Source: an uncultured Gemmatimonadales bacterium
Lineage (GTDB): Bacteria; Gemmatimonadota; Gemmatimonadetes; Gemmatimonadales; GWC2-71-9
DNA: 64,000 nucleotides
Direction: 5' to 3'
Assembly: GCA_963798915.1 (NCBI GenBank)
Contig: CAWCVB010000006.1
Location: 32,001-96,000, forward strand
In this document: positions 10,558 through 20,332 of the stretch, piece by piece
Layout: each line of letters starts with the position of its first letter
Numbering within the stretch: position 1 is the first letter of the stretch
The notes under the pieces: model-generated
The model's database searches: none
What the model was told of the DNA's origin: nothing
Seen by the model: only the letters and a program-made list of their open reading frames with translations
Made by a program: the position numbers and the translations under genes

Positions 10558-11928
10558 ATGAAAGTTCCTCGTACGATCTTCCGGGAATATGACGTTCGTG
10601 GCATCGTCGATAGCGAGCTGACGCCCGAATTCGCCCGGGCGCTCGGACGGGCGTATGCGTCGGTGGTCTGGGACAAGGTGGGGCATGCGCCAGTGCTGAC
10701 GGTGGGTCGCGATAACCGCCCGTCAGGTGACGCGCTGGCCACCGGGTTTCGCCAGGGCATCGCGGATGCGGGCGGGACGGCGGTGGACGTCGGCATGCTG
10801 CCGACGCCGGCGCTCTATCTGAGCGTTCACGCGCTCGAATCCGATGGCGGAGCGCAGGTCACCGGCTCGCATAATCCGCCTGAATTCAACGGTTTCAAGA
10901 TGGTGGCGGGCGGTGAATCGCTGCACGGTCCTGAGATCACGCATCTCTGGGAATTGATCGAGACGGAATCCTGGCGGAGCGGGGCAGGGGCGGAACGAGC
11001 GGACTCCTCGATGCTCGGTCGCTATCGCGACGCCATCTGTGAACGGAACTCGCTGGACCGGCCCGTCAAGGTCGTCGTTGATTGCGGGAACGGCGTGGCC
11101 AGCCTGATTGCGGTGGCGACGTTGCGGCAGGCCGGCGCGGAAGTGATCCCGCTCTTCTGTGACTCGGATGGAACGTTTCCCAATCATCACCCCGACCCGA
11201 CGGTTCCCGAGAACCTGACTGACCTGCGGGCCGAGGTGCGCCGCAGTGGCGCTGAACTTGGCATCGCCTTCGACGGCGATGGCGACCGGATCGGCGCCGT
11301 CGATGAAAGTGGCCGGGTCCTCTATGGCGACCAATTGCTCATTCTCTTCGGGCGCGACGCGGTGGCACGTTTTGGCCGCGGCTCGACGGTTATTTTCGAC
11401 GTGAAGTGTTCGGATGTGCTTCCGGAGGCATTGCGGGCGGCTGGCGCACGGCCGGAGATGTGGAAGACCGGCCACTCGCTGATCGAGGCGCGCATGAAGG
11501 AGCTGGACGCCCCGCTCGCCGGCGAGATGAGTGGACACATCTTTTTCGGCGGTGATTACTACGGGTTTGATGACGCCCTCTTTGCCGCGGCGCGACTCCT
11601 TGGCATTGTCTCGCACGCCAAGTACGGCCTGGCGGCGCTGCTGGCCGACGTGCCTGAGACTTTCGCCACGCCCGAAATCCGGGTGGAGTGTCCCGAGGAC
11701 CGCAAGTTTGCCATCGTGGCCGAGGCAGCGAGCCACTTCGGCAGCAAGTACCCGGTCAATACCATTGACGGCGTGCGCATGTCCTTCCCGCAGGGCTGGG
11801 GCCTGGTCCGGGCGAGCAACACCCAGGCGGTGCTCGTGCTGCGCTTCGAGGCCAAGAGCCAGGAACTGCTCGAGACCTATCGCGCCGAGGTCACACAATG
11901 GCTCGCGGCACAGGGTGTCCGCGGCTGA
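10558..11928 (+). CDS. phosphomannomutase/phosphoglucomutase (AlgC-like)
   Basis: FREYDVRG, TGSHNP phosphoserine loop, FDGDGDR metal loop, GEMSGH, RASNTQ. Confidence 0.95.
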   Translation: MKVPRTIFREYDVRGIVDSELTPEFARALGRAYASVVWDKVGHAPVLTVGRDNRPSGDALATGFRQGIADAGGTAVDVGMLPTPALYLSVHALESDGGAQVTGSHNPPEFNGFKMVAGGESLHGPEITHLWELIETESWRSGAGAERADSSMLGRYRDAICERNSLDRPVKVVVDCGNGVASLIAVATLRQAGAEVIPLFCDSDGTFPNHHPDPTVPENLTDLRAEVRRSGAELGIAFDGDGDRIGAVDESGRVLYGDQLLILFGRDAVARFGRGSTVIFDVKCSDVLPEALRAAGARPEMWKTGHSLIEARMKELDAPLAGEMSGHIFFGGDYYGFDDALFAAARLLGIVSHAKYGLAALLADVPETFATPEIRVECPEDRKFAIVAEAASHFGSKYPVNTIDGVRMSFPQGWGLVRASNTQAVLVLRFEAKSQELLETYRAEVTQWLAAQGVRG

Positions 11929-11931
11929 CCC

Positions 11932-14307
11932 GTGACACGCCGCCGGACATGGCTGCTTGCCGGCGGCGCACTCGTCGTGGTCTGCCTCTTTGCCGGCCGA
12001 TTCACCGCCGAGCTGCTGGCCGACCGCTGGTGGGCGGCGCAGTTTTCCGACGAGGCCAGCCGGGTCGTGACACGCTGGCATTTGTGGGCCCTTGGCATGG
12101 GCGGCGTCGCCGTGATCTTTGCCACGGCCTGGTTTGTCCTGCAGATGCTGATTGTTATCCGGGCCGTAGGCTCGGTGCAGATTCTTCGGGATGTCGGCGG
12201 GCTCCAGTTCCGTGAGGTAGTGAGGCCCGGCGCGCTCAAGACCTTTGCGCTGGGCGCGGGTGTCTGCCTGGGGATCGTCACCGGCATCAGCATGGCCGGC
12301 GAGTGGCCCGCCGTACTGCTTGGGATCCATGGGCTCACGATGGGCATCACGGATCCGCTGCTCCAGCACGACGCCGGCTGGTATGTCGCGCGACTTCCTC
12401 TCTGGCAGCTCCTTCACAGCTTCACGCTTGCCCTGGCGCTGCTCGCGCTGGTCACGGCGACGGTCCTGTATGCCGTGATGGGGGCCCTCCGGCTGGATCG
12501 TCGCCGGCCCGCCATCAATGATCACGCCCGACGCCATCTTGGGGCGCTCCTTGCGCTGGTTGCGCTCGTGATTGCGTGGGGCTTTCTGCTCCGCACCAGC
12601 GGTGTCGTGGCGCAGGCTGGCGCGCCTGATCCCGCGGCCGGGTTTCACCGCAACGCCCTGGTCGGCCCTGCTCTGGCGGGGACCGCCTTGATGGTGGCGG
12701 CGTTGTCGGCGCTCTGGTCCGGCTATGGGCGCCACGCGTTGCTTGCGGCGGGCTGGGCCGTGCTTGGTGTCGCGACCCTCGTGGCCCGCACCGGTGTCCC
12801 GTTGCTGCTGCCGGAGAACGCCACCAGTCTGCCGGATTCGCTGCGCCAGACGTTCGAGGATTCGGCGTTCGGACTGGGCGCACGCGATGGCGAGGCGCCG
12901 GCGACCCTCGGGGCCGCACCGCTGTTCGAGCGGCCCGATGTGCGGCAGCTCTTTGGTTCCGGCGCGCAGGTGGTCGCGATATCCGCCGCCAGGCTGCCGG
13001 TCGCCAACATTCCTCGGCCGGTCTGGCTGGCGTTGATCGAGCCGGAGGCAGGTCCGCCCGCCATCGTGGCCATCGCCGCCGACACCGCCGGCGCTGGCGG
13101 AAGCGCGCTCGCGTATCGCTTGCAGGATTCGCTCGCCTATCCGACGCTCTATTCGCTGGTCAAGCTTGGTCCCGCGGCGGTTCGCCCTGGCGCTCCCGAC
13201 GTGGCGGCGGTGGAATCCGCTCGAGGCGTACCGGTGGGCGGATCGCTGCGCCGCCTGATGCTGAGCTGGGCGACACAATCGCGTCTGGCGTTCGGCGCCC
13301 CGCGGATCGACTGGGCCTTGCACCCGATGGCACGGCTCAATCGGCTGGCTCCCTTTGCGGACTGGTCCGGCATGCGGTCCTCGGTCCAGGATGGAAGAGT
13401 GGTATGGCTGGCAGACGGCTACATCGCCAGTTCCAATTTCCCGCTCACCAGACCGGAGCCGTGGCTGGGCGGCTCAGCCCGGCTGCTCAGGGCGGGATTC
13501 ATCGGCGTGATTGACGCCGAATCCGGCGCCACCCGGATATTCCGGCGGCCCGATGGCGGCGCCCTGGCCGAAGCGTGGGCCGATCTGTCCCGGGGCCTGG
13601 TGGAGCCGCCGGGGGCATTGCCGACAGGACTCCTCGCCGCCGCCGGACCGGCCAGCGCACTCGCCGACGTTCAGGCGCAGATCCTGGTGCAGCGGCTGGC
13701 TGCGGCAGGTGGGGCGGAACTGGTGAGGGTGGGCGTCGCCGGGGCGCAGCTGGAAGAGAGCTGGACTGAGGACGCGTCACCGATGCTGAGCCAGCCGGTG
13801 GCTCTCGGCGGCGCCGACCACCTCTTCGCGGTCATCAGCATGACCGGTACGGCCCCGCCGGCTGTCACCCTGCTGGGCACGGCACCACTGGGATCTCCGG
13901 CGGCGCTGGAGCGGATGTGGGGCCGCTTTGCCACCTTTGCTCCGATTCAGGATTCAGTCCTGGGCGATGGCGCCCATCTGCGTGCGGGCAGCGTGCACCT
14001 CTGGTCGTCTCCCCAAGGTCTTGCGGCCCTCGAGGTGACCACCGCCGCGCGACCCGGTGCGCGACCCGCCATCGTCTGGGTATCGGTGGCCGTCTCGGAC
14101 CGGCTCGGCGCCGGACGAACCTTCGAGCTGGCCTGGCAGAACTTGCTGGGCAACAGCAGTCCCATTGCCCCGGGCCAGGGTGGCAGCACGTTGGAGGAGG
14201 CGCGGCGCTGGATGCAGATCGCCGACGAGGCGCTTCGCAGCGGTGACTGGGGCGCATTTGGCCGAGCTTTTGAGGCCCTGCGGGGCGTGCTGCAGGCCGG
14301 CAAATAG
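11932..14307 (+). CDS. UPF0182-family membrane protein
   Basis: N-terminal multi-TM region with DRWW and DPLLQHDAGWY..LP motifs, LAPFADW..VWLADGY, C-terminal ALRSGDWGAFGRAFEAL helix typical of UPF0182. Confidence 0.75.
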   Translation: MTRRRTWLLAGGALVVVCLFAGRFTAELLADRWWAAQFSDEASRVVTRWHLWALGMGGVAVIFATAWFVLQMLIVIRAVGSVQILRDVGGLQFREVVRPGALKTFALGAGVCLGIVTGISMAGEWPAVLLGIHGLTMGITDPLLQHDAGWYVARLPLWQLLHSFTLALALLALVTATVLYAVMGALRLDRRRPAINDHARRHLGALLALVALVIAWGFLLRTSGVVAQAGAPDPAAGFHRNALVGPALAGTALMVAALSALWSGYGRHALLAAGWAVLGVATLVARTGVPLLLPENATSLPDSLRQTFEDSAFGLGARDGEAPATLGAAPLFERPDVRQLFGSGAQVVAISAARLPVANIPRPVWLALIEPEAGPPAIVAIAADTAGAGGSALAYRLQDSLAYPTLYSLVKLGPAAVRPGAPDVAAVESARGVPVGGSLRRLMLSWATQSRLAFGAPRIDWALHPMARLNRLAPFADWSGMRSSVQDGRVVWLADGYIASSNFPLTRPEPWLGGSARLLRAGFIGVIDAESGATRIFRRPDGGALAEAWADLSRGLVEPPGALPTGLLAAAGPASALADVQAQILVQRLAAAGGAELVRVGVAGAQLEESWTEDASPMLSQPVALGGADHLFAVISMTGTAPPAVTLLGTAPLGSPAALERMWGRFATFAPIQDSVLGDGAHLRAGSVHLWSSPQGLAALEVTTAARPGARPAIVWVSVAVSDRLGAGRTFELAWQNLLGNSSPIAPGQGGSTLEEARRWMQIADEALRSGDWGAFGRAFEALRGVLQAGK

Positions 14308-14311
14308 GACT

Positions 14312-14339
14312 TTGCCAAATGGTGCGCCGGCCGTAGGTT
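14312..14339 (+). promoter_or_regulatory. putative sigma70 promoter for the Tat/DsrE-like gene
   Basis: TTGCCA-N16-TAGGTT upstream of AGGAGG RBS and ATG 14386. Confidence 0.35.
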
Positions 14340-14385
14340 AGTGGTTGATCCGTTCCCACTGAAACATTCGCCACAGGAGGTCCCC

Positions 14386-15060
14386 ATGGCATTGCTCCCT
14401 GACTCCTCCACTCCTCGTCGCGGCTTTCTCGGCCGCATGGCGGTCGCGGCGACAGCACTTGGGCTGAGCGGTTCAGTCGCCGCCCCACTCGCAGCTGCTA
14501 CTGAATCCAGGAGCCGGAACCCGGGAACCGATCCCGATCTCGACGCCTGGTTCGGCAAGCTCACGGGCAAGCATCGCCAGGTCTTTGATGCGCCTGCCGC
14601 CAATGGCGGCATGCCTGCGGTCTGGCCGAGAGTCTATCTGCTCACGATGGGCGCGACCTATCCGGGTGAGCAGAGCACCGCGATGGTCATCCTTCGGCAC
14701 GCCGCCATACCGCTGGCCATGAGTGACGCGCTCTGGAGCAAGTACCATTTCGGCGAAATGTTCGACATCAAGACAGGGGACAAGCCGGCGACCGCCAATC
14801 CATTTGCCACGATCACCGGCTTGCCGATTCCCGGTCTCGGCGTGACCGAACTGCTCAAGTCGGGCGTGCTGATCGGTGCCTGCGATGCCGCACTTACCGT
14901 CTTCAGCGGGGCTGCGGCAAAGAAGATGAACCTCGACCCCGCGGCGGTGAAGCGTGAGTGGGTTGCCGGCCTCTATCCGGGGATTCAGGTCGTGCCGTCC
15001 GGCGTGATGGCAGTCGGGCGCGCCCAGGAGCTGGGCTGCAGTTATTGCTTTGCCGGTTGA
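14386..15060 (+). CDS. Tat-exported DsrE/DsrF-like protein of unknown function
   Basis: AGGAGG RBS at 14375-14380; PRRGFLG twin-arginine signal; GVLIGACDAAL and VVPSGVMAVGRAQELGCSY resemble DsrE-fold motifs. Confidence 0.7.
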   Translation: MALLPDSSTPRRGFLGRMAVAATALGLSGSVAAPLAAATESRSRNPGTDPDLDAWFGKLTGKHRQVFDAPAANGGMPAVWPRVYLLTMGATYPGEQSTAMVILRHAAIPLAMSDALWSKYHFGEMFDIKTGDKPATANPFATITGLPIPGLGVTELLKSGVLIGACDAALTVFSGAAAKKMNLDPAAVKREWVAGLYPGIQVVPSGVMAVGRAQELGCSYCFAG

Positions 15061-15068
15061 CAGCAATG

Positions 15069-15099
15069 GCGGGGACGCGCCAGGGATGCGCGCCCCCGC
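15069..15099 (+). terminator. GC-rich hairpin after the DsrE-like gene (no U tract)
   Basis: GCGGGGACGCGC-N7-GCGCGCCCCCGC, one mismatch. Confidence 0.3.
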
Positions 15100-15135
15100 T
15101 GCCCGCCTCATCGCCATCCACGCTATCTCCCTACC

Positions 15136-15164
15136 TTGATTGAGCTTGGGCCCCCGGCTACCTT
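15136..15164 (+). promoter_or_regulatory. putative sigma70 promoter for arcC-sucCD-ndk
   Basis: TTGATT-N17-TACCTT. Confidence 0.45.
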
Positions 15165-15197
15165 CGGTGATTGTTCCGAAACCGGGGGCATTCGACC

Positions 15198-16142
15198 ATG
15201 TCGAGAACAGCGGTTCTGGCCCTCGGAGGCAATGCGCTCTCCCACTCGGGCGAGCGGGCCACAATCGCCAACCAGTTCCGCCACGCGCGCGAGAGCGTAG
15301 CGCCGATCGTGGAACTGGCTCGGGATGGCTGGAACATCGCCATCGTCCACGGCAACGGTCCTCAGGTGGGCGACGAACTGGTGCGGCACGAACTCGCCAG
15401 CGCGGAGGCCGAACCACTGCCCCTCGGTGTGCTCGTCGCGGGCACGGCGGGATGGATCGGCTACATGCTGCAGCAGTCGCTCGAGAATGGCCTTGCTGAT
15501 GCCGGCGTCGATCGCCCTGTCATCACGATCATCACGCAGACGGAGGTGGATCCCTCCGATCCGGGCCTCGAGCGCGCGACCAAGCCGATCGGGCACGAAA
15601 TGCCGCAGAGCCGGGCCGACCTCTTGCGGGCGACGGGCATTCCGGTGGGCAAGGACGGGGCAGGGCGCTGGCGTCGCCTGGCCGCCAGCCCGCTGCCGAT
15701 CGGCATCGTCGAGGCTGCGCTGGTCCGTTCGCTGGTGCATGCCGGCGTGATCGTGATTGCTGCGGGAGGCGGGGGACCGCCAGTCTATCGGGACCCGCTG
15801 CTCGGGTTCGAAGGGCTCGATGCGGTGGTGGATAAGGACCTGGTCGCGTCACTGCTCGCGACCGGGCTGGAGGCGAATGTGCTGTTGATCCTGACCGATG
15901 TGGACGGGGTCTACCGCAATTGGGGCGCCGCTGACGCCAAGCGCATTCCACGAATGTCGCTCGACGAGGCCGATGCCCTCATCGGGTCAGGGACCGTCCC
16001 GGCTGGCAGCATGCAACCGAAGCTGGAGGCGGCAATCGAATTTGTTCGCGCCGGCGGAGACCGGGCGGTCATTGCCCGCCTCGCCGACGGCCCGGCTGCC
16101 CTCAGGGGTGAGACCGGAACGACAATTGCGAGGGAGACGTGA
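15198..16142 (+). CDS. arcC: carbamate kinase
   Basis: LALGGNAL, HGNGPQVG, GYMLQQ, PxKPIG-like ATKPIG, GGGGPP, DAVVDKD, GSMQPKLEAA. Confidence 0.93.
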   Translation: MSRTAVLALGGNALSHSGERATIANQFRHARESVAPIVELARDGWNIAIVHGNGPQVGDELVRHELASAEAEPLPLGVLVAGTAGWIGYMLQQSLENGLADAGVDRPVITIITQTEVDPSDPGLERATKPIGHEMPQSRADLLRATGIPVGKDGAGRWRRLAASPLPIGIVEAALVRSLVHAGVIVIAAGGGGPPVYRDPLLGFEGLDAVVDKDLVASLLATGLEANVLLILTDVDGVYRNWGAADAKRIPRMSLDEADALIGSGTVPAGSMQPKLEAAIEFVRAGGDRAVIARLADGPAALRGETGTTIARET

Positions 16143-17278
16143 ATCTTCACGAGTACCAGGCGCGCGAGCTGCTCAAGGCGGCGGGCGTGCCGATGTTCGA
16201 TGGCGGTGTGGCGAGTACACCCGAAGAGGCCGAAGCGATCGCGCGCAAGCTGGGCGGGAACACGGTCGTCAAGGCGCAGGTGCACGCGGGCGGCCGTGGA
16301 AAGGCGGGTGGTGTGAAGCTGGCGAATTCGCCGGACGAAGCGCGCCAGCATGCCAAGGCCATCCTGGGCATGAGCATCAAGGGGCTGACCGTCAGCAAGG
16401 TGCTGGTTGTCCCCGCCGCCGAAATCGCCAGCGAATCCTACGTCGGGCTGATCATGGATCGGGTCACCCAGGGACCGGTCTTCATCGTGAGCGCGGCGGG
16501 TGGAGTGGACATCGAAGAGGTCGCTGCCACCACGCCCGAAAGGATCACCCGGCTGCCGATCGATCCAGTCTACGGCCTGCTGCCGCACCAGGCCCTTGGC
16601 CTGGCATTTTCACTCTATCAGGATTACGCGCAGGTCCGGACTGCTGCGCGGATCATGCAGCAACTCTACCAGGTGTTCACCGCCAACGGCTGTTCGCTCG
16701 CGGAGGTGAATCCACTGGTGACGACCCCCGCCGGAGAGGTGCTCGCGCTCGATGCCAAGATTTCGCTGGACGACAATGAGCTGGACCGTCGCCCCGATCT
16801 GGCTGCGCTGCGTGACGATTCCGCTGAGGCGCCGAGTGAAGTGGCTGCCCGCCAGGCGGGCCTGACCTTCATCAAGCTCGACGGCAACGTCGGATGCGTG
16901 GTCAATGGCGCGGGATTGGCGATGGCGACGATGGATCTGGTCAAGTATTACGGTGGTGAGCCCGCAAATTTCCTGGACATCGGCGGCAGCTCGAACCCGG
17001 CCAAGGTAGTCAACGCCCTCCGCATCATCACGTCCGATCCCGCGGTGAAAGCCATCCTCTTCAACATTTTCGGCGGGATCACGCGCACCGACGACGTTGC
17101 CAATGGGATCCGGACGGCGCTGGAAGAGTTCCCGGTGACGGTGCCGATCGTGGTGCGGTTGACGGGAACAAACGAGGCTGAGGCAGTAAAGATCCTGCAG
17201 GGCATTGGCATGACGGCGCTGAGCGACATGGACGAAGCAGTCGAGAAGGTGGTGGCGCTCGTGAAGGAGGCGGCGTGA
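16139..17278 (+). CDS. sucC: succinyl-CoA synthetase beta subunit
   Basis: [38 protein letters not shown]. Confidence 0.97.
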   Translation: MNLHEYQARELLKAAGVPMFDGGVASTPEEAEAIARKLGGNTVVKAQVHAGGRGKAGGVKLANSPDEARQHAKAILGMSIKGLTVSKVLVVPAAEIASESYVGLIMDRVTQGPVFIVSAAGGVDIEEVAATTPERITRLPIDPVYGLLPHQALGLAFSLYQDYAQVRTAARIMQQLYQVFTANGCSLAEVNPLVTTPAGEVLALDAKISLDDNELDRRPDLAALRDDSAEAPSEVAARQAGLTFIKLDGNVGCVVNGAGLAMATMDLVKYYGGEPANFLDIGGSSNPAKVVNALRIITSDPAVKAILFNIFGGITRTDDVANGIRTALEEFPVTVPIVVRLTGTNEAEAVKILQGIGMTALSDMDEAVEKVVALVKEAA

Positions 17279-18147
17279 GCATCTTCATCAACCGCGACAC
17301 CCGCCTCGTCGTCCAGGGCATCACGGGCCGTGACGGCTCGTTCCACAGTCGCCAGATGATGGAGTACGGCACCAGCATCGTGGCCGGCGTCACCCCGGGC
17401 AAGGGCGGTCAGCAGTTCGAGGGCCAGGTCCCCATCTTCAACACCGTGGCCGATGCCGTAGCGCAGGCCGGTGCGAATACCTCGGTCATCTATGTTCCGC
17501 CCGCCGGTGCGGCCGGCGCCATCATGGAGGCGGTGGACGCCGGGATCGGGCTGGTGGTCTGCATTACGGAAGGCGTGCCCGTCATGGAGATGACACGGGT
17601 CATGCCCTACGTCCGCGCACGGGGGGCACGGCTCATCGGGCCGAACTGTCCGGGGCTCATCTCGCCCGGCCAGAGCAAGGTGGGAATCATCCCGGGCAAC
17701 ATCTGCGCGCCGGGGCGCGTCGGATTGGTGTCCCGAAGCGGCACGCTCACTTACGAGGTCGTCAATCACCTGACGCTCCAGAAGATCGGTCAGAGCAGCT
17801 GCGTGGGCATCGGTGGCGATCCGTTGATCGGCACCAACTTCATTGACTGCCTCCGGGCATTCGAGAACGACCCCGATACCGACGCGGTGGTGATGATTGG
17901 CGAAATCGGCGGCACTGACGAACAGAACGCTGCTGACTTCGTGCAGGCCAGCATGTCCAAGCCGGTCGTCGGATTCATTGCCGGCCAGACGGCGCCCAAG
18001 GGGCGTCGGATGGGTCACGCGGGCGCCATCATCTCGGGCTCGAGCGGCACCGCTGAGGAAAAGATGGCCGCGTTCGGCGCCGCCGGGATCGCCGTGATGA
18101 AGCGACCTGTGGATGTGGTGGAGCTGGTCAGGCGGGCGCTCGCGTAG
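17275..18147 (+). CDS. sucD: succinyl-CoA synthetase alpha subunit
   Basis: [27 protein letters not shown] phospho-His. Confidence 0.97.
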   Translation: MSIFINRDTRLVVQGITGRDGSFHSRQMMEYGTSIVAGVTPGKGGQQFEGQVPIFNTVADAVAQAGANTSVIYVPPAGAAGAIMEAVDAGIGLVVCITEGVPVMEMTRVMPYVRARGARLIGPNCPGLISPGQSKVGIIPGNICAPGRVGLVSRSGTLTYEVVNHLTLQKIGQSSCVGIGGDPLIGTNFIDCLRAFENDPDTDAVVMIGEIGGTDEQNAADFVQASMSKPVVGFIAGQTAPKGRRMGHAGAIISGSSGTAEEKMAAFGAAGIAVMKRPVDVVELVRRALA

Positions 18148-18180
18148 GGGCTCGGGCCCGGTTCATTCACGGAGAGTTTC

Positions 18181-18624
18181 ATGTCAGGCAATCGAACGCT
18201 GGCCATCATCAAGCCGGATGCTATCGAGAGCGGAAAAGCCGGGGTCATCCTGGCGCATCTCGAGCGCGAGGGCTTCACCGTCCGCGCCGCACGGCTGGTT
18301 CGGATGTCGCCGGGGCAGGCGGGCGCATTCTACGAGGTGCACCGGGGCCGGCCGTTCTACGATGAGCTGGTGCGATTCATGTCGAGCCGGCCATGCATGC
18401 CGCTCGTGCTGGAGCGCGACGATGCGGTGGCGCGCTACCGTCTGGTCATCGGCGCCACGGATCCGGCGGAAGCCGATGCCGGAACGGTTCGCAAGCTGTA
18501 CGCAGAATCCAAGGGGCGGAACGCCGTGCACGGCTCCGACAGCGACGACAACGCCCAACGCGAGATCGGGTTCTTCTTTTCCGAAGGCGAGCTGGCCCAG
18601 CTCTGGGCCGAGGGCTCGGCTTGA
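18181..18624 (+). CDS. ndk: nucleoside diphosphate kinase
   Basis: TLAIIKPDA, GATDP, NAVHGSDS catalytic His. Confidence 0.97.
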   Translation: MSGNRTLAIIKPDAIESGKAGVILAHLEREGFTVRAARLVRMSPGQAGAFYEVHRGRPFYDELVRFMSSRPCMPLVLERDDAVARYRLVIGATDPAEADAGTVRKLYAESKGRNAVHGSDSDDNAQREIGFFFSEGELAQLWAEGSA

Positions 18625-18649
18625 CCTAACTTGCGCCGTTGTCTAGCTT
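18621..18649 (+). promoter_or_regulatory. putative sigma70 promoter for yceD-rpmF-plsX-fab
   Basis: TTGACC-N17-TAGCTT overlapping the ndk stop. Confidence 0.55.
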
Positions 18650-18657
18650 TAATGGCT

Positions 18658-19128
18658 ATGCTTCAAGTTGACTTGCGGGACATCCGGCGGGGTCCGGTCA
18701 CCACGGACGGGCAGCTCGCTCAGGACGACCCCGCGCTGGAAGGGCTGGAGATCCAACTGCTTGCGCCGGTGGAGGTGACCGGGCGGGTGCAGGCCACCGA
18801 GGAAGGCGACTTCCTGTGGCGCGGTTCCATCCGCACCCGGGTCGCGGGCGAGTGCCGCCGCTGCCTCGCGCCGCTCGAGCTGGACGTCGCCGTCGAGCCC
18901 GATATCCTCTTCAGCGCCGACCCGGATTCGGCCGAGGACCCCAGCGTGTACCAGTTGGCGGCGAGCGATACCCATCTTGAGTTGGCGAAAGCCATTCGCG
19001 AGGAACTTGCGCTGGCCGTGTCGCCACTCCCGGTTTGCCGGGAAGACTGTGCCGGTCTATGCCCACGGTGTGGTGCAGACCTCAATGCGGGCCCGTGCGG
19101 TTGCACGGCGGCCGCCGAACCCGTCTAG
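18658..19128 (+). CDS. yceD: DUF177/YceD-family protein
   Basis: CRRCL and C...CAGLCPRCGADLN..C.C motifs; directly upstream of rpmF (alternative ATG 18652). Confidence 0.88.
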   Translation: MLQVDLRDIRRGPVTTDGQLAQDDPALEGLEIQLLAPVEVTGRVQATEEGDFLWRGSIRTRVAGECRRCLAPLELDVAVEPDILFSADPDSAEDPSVYQLAASDTHLELAKAIREELALAVSPLPVCREDCAGLCPRCGADLNAGPCGCTAAAEPV

Positions 19129-19136
19129 AGGATTCA

Positions 19137-19319
19137 ATGGCAGTCCCGAAGCGTCGTACCTCGAAGTCGCGCAAGCGCCTCCGCCGCGGTCACCATAACG
19201 CGATCTCCACCACGCCGCAGGCCTGCGCACGATGCGGGTCCCCCAAGCTGCCCCACCGCGTCTGCGGATCGTGCGGCTACTATCGCGGCAAGAAGCAGGT
19301 CGAGGTCGAGGACCAGTAG
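19137..19319 (+). CDS. rpmF: 50S ribosomal protein L32
   Basis: MAVPKRRTSKSRKR, CxxC...HRVCxxCGYY zinc ribbon; GAGG RBS. Confidence 0.97.
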   Translation: MAVPKRRTSKSRKRLRRGHHNAISTTPQACARCGSPKLPHRVCGSCGYYRGKKQVEVEDQ

Positions 19320-19321
19320 CC

Positions 19322-20332
19322 GTGATCCGCGTCGCGCTAGACGCGATGGGGGGCGACACCGCTCCGCAGGCCGAAGTCGAGGGAGCACTCCTGGCGATCC
19401 AGGAGTATCCCGACCTGCAGGTCCAGCTGGTCGGTCGCCCTGAGGCGGTGCACGCCGTGCTGGCCGGCCGGCCCGGCGCGGAGGCTGCACGCCTGTCAGT
19501 GATTCCTGCAAGCGAAGTGATCGGCATGGAGGAGAAGCCATTGGCTGCGGTGCGGGCCAAGCGCGACTCCTCGATCGTTGTCGGGCTGGGCCTGCAGAAG
19601 CGGGGCGAGTCGGACGCGTTTGTCTCGGCCGGCAATACGGGCGCCGTGCTCGCAGCTTCTACCATCCAGCTCGGCTTGCACGATGGAGTGGAACGGGCCA
19701 CGGTCGCGACGCTGTTTCCCACCGCGGACGCCCCGGTGCTGGTCCTCGATGGCGGCGCCAATGTCGATTGCAGCGCTCGCGAGCTCGCCGGCTTTGCCCT
19801 GCTCGGGATGGTCTACGTGCGCGAGATCTTTGGGCGGCCGGACCCGGCCATCGGGCTGCTCAACGTCGGCGAGGAAGAGGAGAAGGGCAACGCCGCGGTG
19901 CGCGAGGCCAATCGGCTCCTCCGGGCCATGCCCGGCATCCGCTACATCGGGAACATCGAGGGGCGCGACATCCTGGCCGGCCACGAGAAGCACGGGGCAG
20001 TCGACGTGGTCGTTTGCGACGGATTCGTCGGCAACATCGTCCTGAAGTTCTACGAGTCGGTCGCCCGGCTCATCGTGCGGATGGTCAAGCGCCAGGCGCC
20101 CGCGATCCTGGAACGCGACGACGTGCGCAAGGTGTTCCGAACCCTCGACTATGCCGAGTATGGCGGTGCACCCCTGCTGGGGGTCAAGGGAGTCTCGATC
20201 ATCGCCCACGGCTCTTCCGGGCCCAACGCCATCAAGAACGCGCTGCGTGTTGCGCAGCAGGCCGTCCGCGCCGAGCTGAGCGAGCACATCCGGCTGGAGC
20301 TGGCCCAGCGGGCCGCCGTGGCCAGCACATGA
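19322..20332 (+). CDS. plsX: phosphate acyltransferase PlsX
   Basis: ALDAMGGD, SAGNTGA, LDGGAN, GNIEGRD, CDGFVGN, GGAPLLG. Confidence 0.96.
   Translation: MIRVALDAMGGDTAPQAEVEGALLAIQEYPDLQVQLVGRPEAVHAVLAGRPGAEAARLSVIPASEVIGMEEKPLAAVRAKRDSSIVVGLGLQKRGESDAFVSAGNTGAVLAASTIQLGLHDGVERATVATLFPTADAPVLVLDGGANVDCSARELAGFALLGMVYVREIFGRPDPAIGLLNVGEEEEKGNAAVREANRLLRAMPGIRYIGNIEGRDILAGHEKHGAVDVVVCDGFVGNIVLKFYESVARLIVRMVKRQAPAILERDDVRKVFRTLDYAEYGGAPLLGVKGVSIIAHGSSGPNAIKNALRVAQQAVRAELSEHIRLELAQRAAVAST

Noticed and set aside
10723..13323. Long antisense ORFs (866 aa here; also 23920-25761, 39148-40998, 9100-10686, 46654-48096)
   Set aside because: They lie opposite well-supported genes, have no recognisable motifs, and are expected in high-GC DNA
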